Shown: positions 1 to 30,700 of the stretch, in pieces
Layout of the letters: each line of letters opens with the position of its first letter
Numbering within the stretch: position 1 is the first letter of the stretch
NCBI RefSeq assembly: GCF_031769215.1
Contig: NW_026781957.1
Coordinates: 1,612,001-1,676,000 of the forward strand
Direction of reading: 5' to 3'
DNA from: Ylistrum balloti
Lineage: Eukaryota
Length of the DNA stretch: 64,000 nt
Notes under the pieces: model-generated
Told to the model about the DNA's origin: nothing
The model's input: only the letters and a program-made list of their open reading frames with translations
The model's database searches: none
Program-made: the position numbers and the translations under genes

Positions 1-217
1 CTTATATGGAAGGGGATTATTACATAATAACAAGAATTTAATTTCTAAAATTAGAACATGTAGATAATACATAAAGGTGACCTATATACTGGGTATCAAA
101 GACTGGATAAATATAGTAGATATGTTTTATATTTGTTTAATTCAAATGTTTTCCTCTATTGTGAAATTAAAATGAATCCATTTTTATTTGATTTTGTGTC
201 AACAAAGCTAAACATAC

Positions 218-19369
<19,152 letters not shown>

Positions 19370-20269
19370 CAGGGACGCAGTTTGCATTCAGATAAACACT
19401 GATAACAATGAGTTAATATGTGGACACAGATCACAAAGAACTCCAATGCTGAAACAGCACAAACAACTAAATCCGTCAAACTTCCAAATTGTGGTGCAGA
19501 ACTCACTCGCTGAAATTCCACAACCTGAACTTCCGGAATTTTATGAAGCGTGAAGCGTGTAAATGACATAGATTCAAAATAAGGTGCGTTCGGTTAGACA
19601 GTTTCACACTTGCGTTCCGCATAACAGAGCGAGGCTCTGTAATATAGAGCCAACATATTATGTAGTTACGATAAACATGAATATATATATATATATGTAT
19701 ATACATAGATACATAGATACATACATAATATTATCTCCACTTAAAAATATTTCTACTATTCAACTTTCAATAGCATTTTCACCACATTTATTAGCATAAA
19801 TAAATGTGGTGAAACATGAAACATGCTAACCCATCAAAATTGAAGGCCAAATAATATGCCCACTACTTCGGCATGATTAATTTATTGATTTATTTCATTT
19901 CTTTTTATCTAACTCATACTATGCTTAATGAATATCGTTACTTTGATCAACCAAATGAAATTTTAAATTTGTTCCTGCCTCTGACTCTGATTTTGTCAAG
20001 GTGAGAATGTTAACAAATACATTGATTTAGACACAAAGAGCGAAACAAAGGTCACATTTCAAACACTGTATTATTCACTAATTTTATATACAAATTCAAA
20101 GTGTTTTACTTTACATTGCATGTTTCCCCTAATGAAAATTTTGTACTGAATGTTAATTTTCATACTCATGTATCATTTGTTTTTATCGTTTTCCATTTAC
20201 ATTTCACATTTATACTCTATAGTTATTTTTTGTCGCTGATGTTGTTGATTGTTAAAAATAGATTTGTCA

Positions 20270-20655
20270 CTCAGAACCACTCACCACTCATCGTGCAATA
20301 TAAAGACCTATTATGGTGACCTTCACCCGCTGTCACTCAGAACCAATCACAATTCACTGTGTGATACAGAAACACCTGTGTGCTCGTACGGTGACCTTCA
20401 CCCGCTGTCACTCAGAACCAATCACAATTCACTGTGTGATCAGTTAGGTCCAATCACAATTCCATGTGTGATACAGAAACATCTGTGTACTCGCACGGTG
20501 ATCTTCACCCGCTGTCAGTTAGGTCCAATCACAATTCCATGTGTGATACAGAAACATCTGTGTACTCGCTCGGTGACCTTCACCCGCTGTCAGTTTTGTC
20601 AAATCACAATTCACTGTGTGATACAGAAACACCTGTGTGCTCGTACACACTGTCA
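20270..20655. repeat. ~75-bp tandem repeat (~5 degenerate copies) upstream of p38
   Basis: Unit GGTGACCTTCACCCGCTGTCACTCAGAACCAATCACAATTCACTGTGTGATACAGAAACACCTGTGTGCTCGTAC. Confidence 0.85.
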
Positions 20656-22994
20656 GTCTTGCCTTCATACACTTTGTTATATAGAAACCTCGCATGGTAA
20701 ACACCACAGGTAATGGCCCTATGAACACCTATTGGCTAACTTCATTTACTGTTCTAATCGAAAACTGCTATCTCCGAACTGTGTCAACCAAAAAACTGAT
20801 TTTTGTTTTTGACAGTGCGAAAATTATAATACAGTCTACTTGACTATTTCAAAATCATTTTAAAAGAAAAAAAACTGACTATGACAGTGTTTTTCATGGC
20901 AAAACTTTATTATTCAACAATGCAGTAGACGTTGTAAATATTCGAATGCACCGAAATCAAAACGTTTTTAAGGTCTCGACTTAAATTGGGAAATTGAGTG
21001 GGTGGAGTGCCGTACATTGGTCACGAAATGTAGTTATAACAGTACTGGTTACAATAGGGTAGAATTTAATACTTGATGAGTAATCTTCCGGATTTCCCTA
21101 GTTCTATTTTTAGTTCTTTGTACATCGACGTAACGACATGGTTGTGTTGATAATTTTGCAACAAATAAATATGGATAGATTTTCAACAGTTCTTATTAGG
21201 AGATATCACATTAAATGAATTGAAAGCTCTGAAGGAAGGGCCCCAATTAACCGAGTTTCAGACTGATTTACATGTAAGTGAAACAGCTCAAAATGACACC
21301 AGATTAGTCCCAACACCACAGGAATCTTAAGTAAAACAGAAATATATCTACAAGCGTGAAGGGTGAGAACACCAAACAACAACTCACTACAAGTCGTGTT
21401 CGATAAATATAAAAACGTGAAGATAATATTGTTAGTTTAAATTGCCAATTTATGGGTGCTGAAACCGTTCGTCAAACAATGACCAGTACGCATTCAACTG
21501 GACTACGATATCTCTGTGGGAAGCACCATTGGCAGATCCAGAATGGGGGCACCTGGCGCTCCCAACTTCAATTTGGTCAAGAATGAAAACTTCTTCATCA
21601 CACATGCTTATAAGTCGACAGTATTTCAATCACAAATGAACTGGCGACTTTGTATGTCAGTATAAAAATCAAATCATACATTTTGTATTACTACCTAAAG
21701 GTGTTTTCATTCTTGTAAGTTCGAAAGAACAGACTCGAAGAGAGGGGGTATTGTGTCATTTATAAGCAGTGCACATTTCTTTCTTTCTTTCTCTCTTTCT
21801 TTCTTTCTTTATTTATTTATTTATGGCAATAACTTATAATTTGAAATACACACCACACGTTACCTTTCCAATCAGTCTGAAAGCTAAACACGGATAAGAA
21901 AGCATCAACGAAAATCTAGACATCTAATATTTGGTCAGAGAATTTGTCGAAATCCAAGACGCATGTGTTCTTTAGACATTTTTTTGTTACTTTTATATTG
22001 TTTTCTAAACTGATAATTTAACACCAGGTATCAAAACGACACACATACATTTACGAAAATTGTGGAAAGGGGTCCCTCCATTTCTTCCGAGAAATGGCGA
22101 CAATAAGCCTTTTCAGTGAAAGACCAGGAAGCTTATCTTAGAAGTGGCACAGTCTATGAATATGTACAGCTACGGACAGGTGGAAATCTGTAAATAACAA
22201 TGAGAGATTTTGAAGGATATTATAGGCAGACGACATACTTCCGCACGCGTAGCTTCCTCTACGCAAATACCTGCCACGTATTTGCAAAACCATCCTGATT
22301 TTTTACAATCCCGGTTGGCTATATATCTGGTCTAAAACAAAGCCCAAATATCTGTCACTCTTCGCCATGCACAGTACTTCACTTCTTTGTATATAGAAAT
22401 GTAAACCAAACAAAATCCGGGAAAATGTGTGAATTGGAGTCGGAAACTATACAGAGCCCTCTCTTACCCGAAATCGCCCACTTAATCCAAAATCCTGTGT
22501 GTCCCCTTGAACTCGAAATCTTGTGCACTCCCGAACCAGAAATCCTATACGGAGTGATATCAGAAATCAAGAATCATTAAGACGATAGATAGTGACACTG
22601 GAATGTTCTATATTACATAGGGAACGTCTAATTACTATAGTACCTGACAGTAGCATAATATCAGGTAAAATCTATCTATTGTACGAGTATAGAGGATTGC
22701 TTGTGAAATAAACTTCGATTTAATTTAATCTGACTGTTTATCCGTTTGAGAACTGAAATCATTTATAGGTCTACCAAAGACTCAGTTCCGGCTAGCGCAC
22801 CGTGTCTTCCCTTTATACGGTTAAAAAAAGACTCATTCAAAGTCATCACATATTTTAAGTATTTTTTAACCTAAAATTGCTGGCTAAAGTAAACTGAGCA
22901 AAATGTTTTGGTTGGATCCCGACTAAACATTGATGACACTCCTCCCCACATCCAAAGTAAACAGCAAGGTCTTATCACCAAGTTAAGGTCAATT

Positions 22995-23175
22995 AAAACA
23001 CCAGGTCACACAGGGTCAAGGTAGATATAAAACTATAATGGTGTCCCATCAAGGTCACTCAAAAGAACAGGTCATACAGGGTCACGGTAGATATAAACCT
23101 ATAATGGTGTCCCATCAAGGTCACTCAAAACAATAGGTCATACAAGGTCACGGTAGATATATAATGGTACTCCAG
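22995..23175. repeat. ~68-bp tandem repeat, about 2.5 copies
   Basis: GGTCAYACAGGGTCAMGGTAGATATAAAMCTATAATGGTGTCCCATCAAGGTCACTCAAAA repeated. Confidence 0.75.
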
Positions 23176-24639
23176 TAAAGCCAGTGAAAAAAAATTGAAA
23201 CAAAATCCATCAAGGTCAATCCGTACAAGTACTTTTTAATTGTTTGCCCTTAACTTGTTATAACGAAGGTTTTTTTTAATCTTTTGAATGTTTACAGGCC
23301 TTTGACCAAAACATTATTTAGATCTAAGTTTTACATTACAGCGGTAACTTTGGTACAAATTGGCAAAAATGTAATGATGTTCAGATGAAATACATTTAAT
23401 GATAATCTATAGTATCTCCAGCGTACATGACACACATATTGCATTTACAAATGTATCGGTGTAAATTTAACTCATAGATAACGTAATTGTGTCATTTTAC
23501 TGTTTTCCGAAAACATCAAGTTTACAGAAATTTTTCATCAATCTCATTTTGAGATCGTTAGCTACATCAGCATCAACAAGACAAGAGTTATGTCCCCTAA
23601 TACATATACCTGGACAACAGATGGCGCTAATTTGAAAGGTGAGTAATTGTAATTTCGATACGTTTACCGCCATTGTGAGGTTTTCCACGTCTACAGGTAA
23701 ATGTCATTGATAACAACCCTGTCATAACGTATTGCACGGTCTGTTAGTTTGAAATCAATCTCCGAACCCATGACCTGTATATCGCTGTATTCTCCTTACA
23801 CAGCGACGTCTCAGGTCTCTGCCTATATTTTATAGCTAGCTATAGCTGTCGTGCGTACATGTATATAGGCCGTCAATTTTGTGGGGTGATTTTCAGAATA
23901 ACTAAATAAATGTAACATTATATTCTCTGAGTAAACATTATTTGACATAAGTAAGTAAATAAACCAATAAACAAAAGAACAATTAGGAATGACACTGGCC
24001 CACATCAAAGAATATATTTTCTAGACTTTGTGGAAATTCTAATTACGATATTTTTTTATACCTTTGGGAATAATTTTTCTTTTTAGTGGTTCTGTTCTGT
24101 GTTTATATTATGTTAACATTAATGTTGTGATATTGGCGTGTGGTACACTGGGTAAGATCAAGGTTATAGCCCAAGGTCATGTAAATAAAATTCTACAAGT
24201 GTTGAACAAGTGATAAAAATTGCCCAGTATGGTTGTAACAGGGACGTATAACACAGAAGGATAAGAGAACGCCTGTATCATTATGATTTTTTAATTGATT
24301 GTGCTAACTTTTGTGACAATAATTTCTGCTAACTTTTGATAGTTATAAAACAAAATGCATGGATAACTAAAAATCACAATGTTGTATACCACTTTCAGCC
24401 CGACATATGAAGAAAATCATCTCTAATCAGAGGGCATTATATAGCTAAGTCATTTTATAATCAACTTGATTAAGTTTTAAGATGTGTCACTTACGTTTGT
24501 AAGTATCATTTATGTAACATAAATGAGCTTCACTTCTCACTGGTTGATAAAGTGGCTCACGTCAGGCCAGTCGGTGCTAAGTCCACACTTACTACAGCAT
24601 AGAAGTGTTAGGGGCATGTGTAAGATTACAACAGTAAGA

Positions 24640-25195
24640 CGTGGGAACTTCGATGACTTCAGAAGTCAATAAACAAACACAAAAGCTAACAGAGAAGTCA
24701 CCACTGGGCCAACGGTAAGACAAGGGGACTTCGATGACTTCACGGCTCAATAAACAAACACAAAAGCTAAGATTAGAGAAGTCACCAATGAACCTATTCA
24801 CTTCTCCCAGTATAAGTCGCCACTGGACCTATTTACTTACCTCTCTGTAAGTCACCACTGGGCCTATTTACTTATCCCTCTATAAGTCACCACTGGGCCT
24901 ATTTACTTATCTCTCGATAAGTCAGCACTGGGCCTATTTACTTACCACTCTATAAGTCAGCACTGGGCCTATTTACTTACCACTCTATAAGTCAGCACTG
25001 GGCCTATTTACTTATCCCTCTATAAGTCACCACTGGGCCTATTTACTTATCTCTCTATAAGTCACCACTGGGCCTATTTACTTATCTCTCTATAAGTCAC
25101 CACTGGGCCTATTTACTTACCACTCTATAAGTCACCACTGGGCCTATTTACTTACTACTCTATAAGTCACCACTGGGCCTTTTTACCTATCCCTG
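24640..25195. repeat. Duplicated ~80-bp segment followed by a 35-bp minisatellite (~11 copies)
   Basis: ACTTCGATGACTTCA..CAAAAGCTAA occurs twice, then unit CTATAAGTCACCACTGGGCCTATTTACTTATCCCT. Confidence 0.85.
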
Positions 25196-25999
25196 TATAT
25201 AATATGTTACAGGACTGCGATTAACTTGCTATGGTTTAGTGTAAAAACACAGTATATAGTTATCACAGTGAAATACATAATATGGGACAAAGAACAGGGA
25301 TGTTATTAAATGGGTCAGAGCTATCATAAAATTAATATGTAAATAATAAGTAAGACCCTGACACACTGTATAGATACACTGTACAGTTGTAACTGTCAAG
25401 ATCAAACATTTTTTAAAATGATATACGTTTGGGGTTATAATCCTGTGTCATCAGATTTTGAACCAGTGTCACTAATTTGCTTCTAAAGGAATAAAGATTA
25501 TTATTTTCTGCAGTTTTTCTGTGAATTGTTGAAAGTATCTAAAAATAGCTTTAAATCTGCATATCAGCTAAAGTTTTATGATTTATATGAACAATTTGAA
25601 ATCTTCTTTAATTTTTGAAATGTGATTTTATTTTATTAGGTTTAAAATTTTGATTGCAATACCAGTGACCTACATACTACTTAGGTCAATGCAGCAAATA
25701 CATAGGTAGATATTTGGGATCTTAACTCCATATTCGTAGTCAATTAAATGTGGTAGGAAAAGCAGAGTTGATATCTCAATCCCTACAGTCCACTGTCACT
25801 CAGACCTTACTCTCCCTAACATCAGTGTGATCGGTTTATTATTTTACTATATATAATTATATATTATATTATTACATATATATTATATATCATTATATAA
25901 TTCTTGTTTGGGGGGATCCTCTTGTTTACTGTTTTTTCAGTTATTTGTAACACTTTAAGCTTTGTTATATATTATATCTATATTATACAAGTTGAAATT

Positions 26000-27680
26000 G
26001 TCTATCTAATATTATGACCTGTTTGTCTATCTAATATTATGACCTGTGTGTCTATCTAATATTATGTTTTGTCTATCTAATATTATGACCTGTGTGTCTA
26101 TCTAATATTAGGATTTGTGTGTCTATCTAATATTAGAATTTGTGTGTCTGTCTAATATTATGTTTTGTCTATCTAATATTATGTTTTGTCTATCTAATAT
26201 TAGGATTTGTGTGTCTATCTAATATTAGAATTTGTGTGTCTGTCTAATATTATGTTTTGTCTATCTAATATTATGATTTGTGTGTCTATCTAATATTAGG
26301 ATTTGTGTGTCTATCTAATATTAGGATTTGTGTGTCTGTCTAATATCATGTTTTGTCCATCTAATATTATGACCTGTGTCTATCTAATATTATGACCTGT
26401 GTGTCTATCTAATATTATGTTTTGTCTATCTAATATTATGACCTGTGTGTCTATCTAATATTAGGATTTGTGTGTCTGTCTAATATTATGTTGTGTGTCT
26501 CTCTAATATTATGTTTTGTCTATCTAATATTATGACCTGTATGTCTATCTAATATTAGGATTTGTGTGTCTGTCTAATATTATGTTTTGTCTGTCTAATA
26601 TTATGTTTTGTCTATCTAATATTATGACCTGTGTGTCGTATTATCTAATATTATGATTTGTGTGTCTGTCTAATATTATGTTTTGTCTGTCTAATATGTT
26701 TTGTCTATCTAATATTATGACCTGTGTGTCTAATATTATGATTTGTGTGTCTATCTAATATTATGATTTGTGTGTCTATCTAATATTATGTTTTGTCTGT
26801 CTAATATTATGTTTTGTCTATCTAATATTATGACCTGTGTGTCTATCTGATATTAGGATTTGTGTGTCTATCTAATATTAGGATTTGTGTGTCTGTCTAA
26901 TATTATGTTTTGTCTGTCTAATATTATGATTTGTGTGTCTGTCTAATATTATGTTTTGTCTATCTAATATTATGACCTGTTTGTCTATCAAATATTATGA
27001 TTTGTGTGTCTGTCTAATATTATATTTTGTCTATCTAATATTATGACCTGTGTGTCTATCTGATATTAGGACTTGTGTGTCTATCTAATATTATGATTTG
27101 TGTGTCTGTCTAATATTATGTTTTGTCTATCTAATATTATGACCTGTGTGTCTATCTGATATTAGGATTTGTGTGTCTGTCTAATATTATGTTTTGTCTA
27201 TCTAATATTATGACCTGTTTGTCTATCTAATATTATGACCTGTTTGTCTATCTAATATTATGATTTGTGTGTCTGTCTAATATTATGTTTTGTCTATCTA
27301 ATATTATGACCTGTTTGTCTATCAAATATTATGATTTGTGTGTCTGTCTAATATTATGTTTTGTCTATCTAATATTATGACCTGTGTGTCTATCTGATAT
27401 TAGGATTTGTGTGTCTATCTGATATTAGGATTTGTGTGTCTGTCTAATATTATGATTTGTGTATCTGATATTATGACCTGTTTGTCTATCTAATATTATG
27501 ACCTTTTTGTCTATCTAATATTATGATTTGTGTGTCTATCTAATATTATGATTTGTGTGTCTATCTAATATTATGATTTGTGTGTCTATCTAATATTAGG
27601 ATTTGTGTGTCTAATATTATGATTTGTGTGTCTAATATTATGTTTGTGTGTCTGATATTATGTTTTGTGTGTAATAATGT
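26000..27680. repeat. Mosaic 21-25-bp minisatellite (~1.7 kb) just upstream of the contactin signal-peptide exon
   Basis: Interspersed units GTCTATCTAATATTATGACCTGTGT, GTCTRTCTAATATTATGTTTT and GTCTATCTAATATTAKGATTTGTGT. Confidence 0.93.
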
Positions 27681-27785
27681 TTTGTTTGTCGTGCTGACAA
27701 GAACTTCTGAAGATAACAATTCAGTGTATAGTAATTATATCAGAAATCACTCTCTTTCTAAATTGACAGTTGACACCATGCAGCC

Positions 27786-30700
27786 ATGTTTTGGATAGTT
27801 GTTCTGATGTCGTTTGGTCCAGTTTGGGGACAAACCTACGGTAAGATAATTTTAAAGAACTAGTAAATATTATAATAATCTGGTAATTGTGTGTTTGACA
27901 TGCTGTTTTATAATGTTTCATGAAAATTTTCTGTGATGTTAGCTATTAATTAACTATGCTTTTGCTAGGTGTGTATTTTTTTTTTCAATTTTTCTGTAGT
28001 TGTAAAATGTGTCATGGCTCTATCTCTGCTCATGACAAGTTGTGTTTCTTTAGAAAGCTGAAGATACAGTTTGTTCCATATGTGCTTTCCTTGGTTTTAA
28101 GATCACAGGGAAATGTACACTTTACCTGAGTTGCTCTGGATAGCATGCAGTGGACCTCTTGTATGTTGTTCAGTGTGGCAGCTACTACAAGGAGACCCAG
28201 CCTCAAAATGTCAATCACTGTTCAAGGGGAGATAAACCTGGCAAACAAACATCCCTATGCTGTATGTGTATAACTATATATTGATTTTTATCTGTTCGAG
28301 ATTCATCCTACTATGAACGTCATGATCAAGTCTGCACACTAATTAAAGTTGCTCATAAATACTACACATAAATATATATAGGATTGGAAGTTTTAGAGAA
28401 GGTTGCTTTAAAAATAAGTTTTATTGTTCATGTGTGTTTTGCCTATTGAATTTTCAGATTGTCCACAACACTGGTTTGATTACGGGGACCACTGTTATCA
28501 TTTTTCCTTCATCCCTCGCAAGACGTATTATGAGGCTAAGGAGCTGTGTGAGGTAATTTATACAAAACCTATGTTTTAGTTAAGGAGTTAAGTTATGAGA
28601 GGTAATTTATACAAAACCTATGTTTTAGTTAAGGAGTTAAGTTATGAGAGGTAATTTATACAAAAAATATATTAAGGTTAAGGAATTATGTGAGGTTATC
28701 TATACAAAATGTATGTCAAGGTTAAGGAGTTATGTAAGGTTATTTATAAAAAACATATGTTTAGGTTAAAGAGTTAAGTAAGGTTATTTGTACAAAACAT
28801 ATATTTAGGTTAAGGAGTTATGTAAGGTTATTTATACAAAACATATATTTAGGTTAAGGAGTTATGTAAGGTTATTTATACAAAACATATATTTAGGTTA
28901 AGGAGTTATGTGAGGTAATTTAATGCTTCTTACTCCCCTACCCAGTTTTCAGGTTAAAATGTTGATGATGAGTATTGCTACTATATAAAAGGACATTTCA
29001 TACTTGTACCTGTGAATCATATTTCATGTGTTTAGTAAAAATAGCCTGGATGATTTATTTAAGTTTCTGGAGTAATACTGTTTGCTCTTTTAACTTTCTG
29101 TATTCTGCTATAAACAGCATCCGAGTGTGCAGCAGGGCTAGTTTTTAGCGATTATTTCTATTTGATCCACGTATAAGACACGCGGGGATATAAGCTACAC
29201 CCTTCTTTACGATGTTACAACCATTATGTTGACCAAAGTTTGTATATACAACAGACAACGGAAAGCAATTTATCAAGATTGTCAGTGAATATTTAACATA
29301 AGTTTGCAAATGAATTATACAAATAATCCTTTATTTTATCGCTGTATTTCAAAAACCGTTAAATGACAAATATTGAACTTGTTTGGCTTTAGTCCTTCAC
29401 AGTTTGTCTATGCACAGATATAGGGCCTGATATTATGAACGGTTTACTAAACAATCTTTTCATTGGTGTCTGTACTGTTAAATACTAGTGAAGACCCTTC
29501 CCTGCATGCTGACAAAATTCATGTAGTCCCAAATTATTTCTTGTAAGTTACACTAAGCCATTCTTATTGTAAAGAATCATGGCGGTTGTTAGATACTTTT
29601 GTGATTGTTACCAATAGTTATCTCCCTTCTTAATCACAGGATTATGGGGCTGCTTTATTGAGTGTGGAGACCACGTCAGAGGATGTCTTCATCAAGAACT
29701 GGCTCAGTCAGAGAGATCAGTCAAGGTAAGTACATTAGGTAGGGGATGTTGTGAACATAAAACATATGATTATTATGTTGAGTGTACGCTTGTGAAAGTT
29801 AAAAGAGGAAGTTTCTCTGATTACTCCAACACCAAGTCACACATTAAAAGTTTAAGTATACTGTTTTTTCTTTTGTTTTGTTTTTTTTATTTTTTGTCCA
29901 ACATAAAATATTGTACATGTTTGATTATATATTGAGAATTGTGTTCAAACTCGAACCCAATATTCAATGTGTGTATACAAAAGGAAGACAGAGGTGGACG
30001 GACAAGGCAGGTGCTGCATGTGCTGAGTTTTGTGACATGTGGTCTTGTATTTTTCAGGAATCTGTGGTTCACAAGTGGTATTTACGTGGGAGATGGAGTG
30101 TTTATCTGGCAGAGTACTGGGGCACCGATTGATCACCAAAGTTACTGGATCAGTGCAAGTGACATGTTGAAGACAGGAACCAACGTCGTCTATGGATATT
30201 CTGGTAAATGCTTCTTCTAAGAAATCAGGTGATTTGTATATATAGCTTCTGTGAATATTTTCTGTACATCTTGTTAACATCATTGTTTGCACTGTGATTT
30301 TGTGAAGATCATTAAGTGTACAGAGACAGGTTAATATCATTGTCTGTACAGTGATTCTGTTAAGACATTGTGTGTACAGAGACTGGTTTATATCATTGTC
30401 TGTACAGTGATTCTGTAAAGACATTGTGTGTACAGAGACTGGTTAATATCATTGTCTTCACAAACTCTGGTTAATATAATTGTCTGTACAGACTCTGGTT
30501 AATATCATTGTCCATACAGACTCTTGTTAATATCATTGTCTGTACAGACTCTGGTTAATATCATTATCTGTGCAGAGACTGGAAAATATCATTGTCTGTG
30601 CAGAGACTGGTAAATATCATTGTCTGTACAGACTCTTGTTAATATCATTGTCTACACAAACTCTTGTTAATATCATTGTCTACACAAACTCTTGTTAATA

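Noticed and set aside
1-217. Final p38 exon
   Set aside because: No acceptor plus a plausible C-terminal peptide was found; it is presumed to lie left of the window.
22320-22670. Candidate non-coding first exon of contactin (TATA-like TATATAT near 22320, CAG|GTAAAA near 22664)
   Set aside because: The motifs are too weak to call without transcript data.
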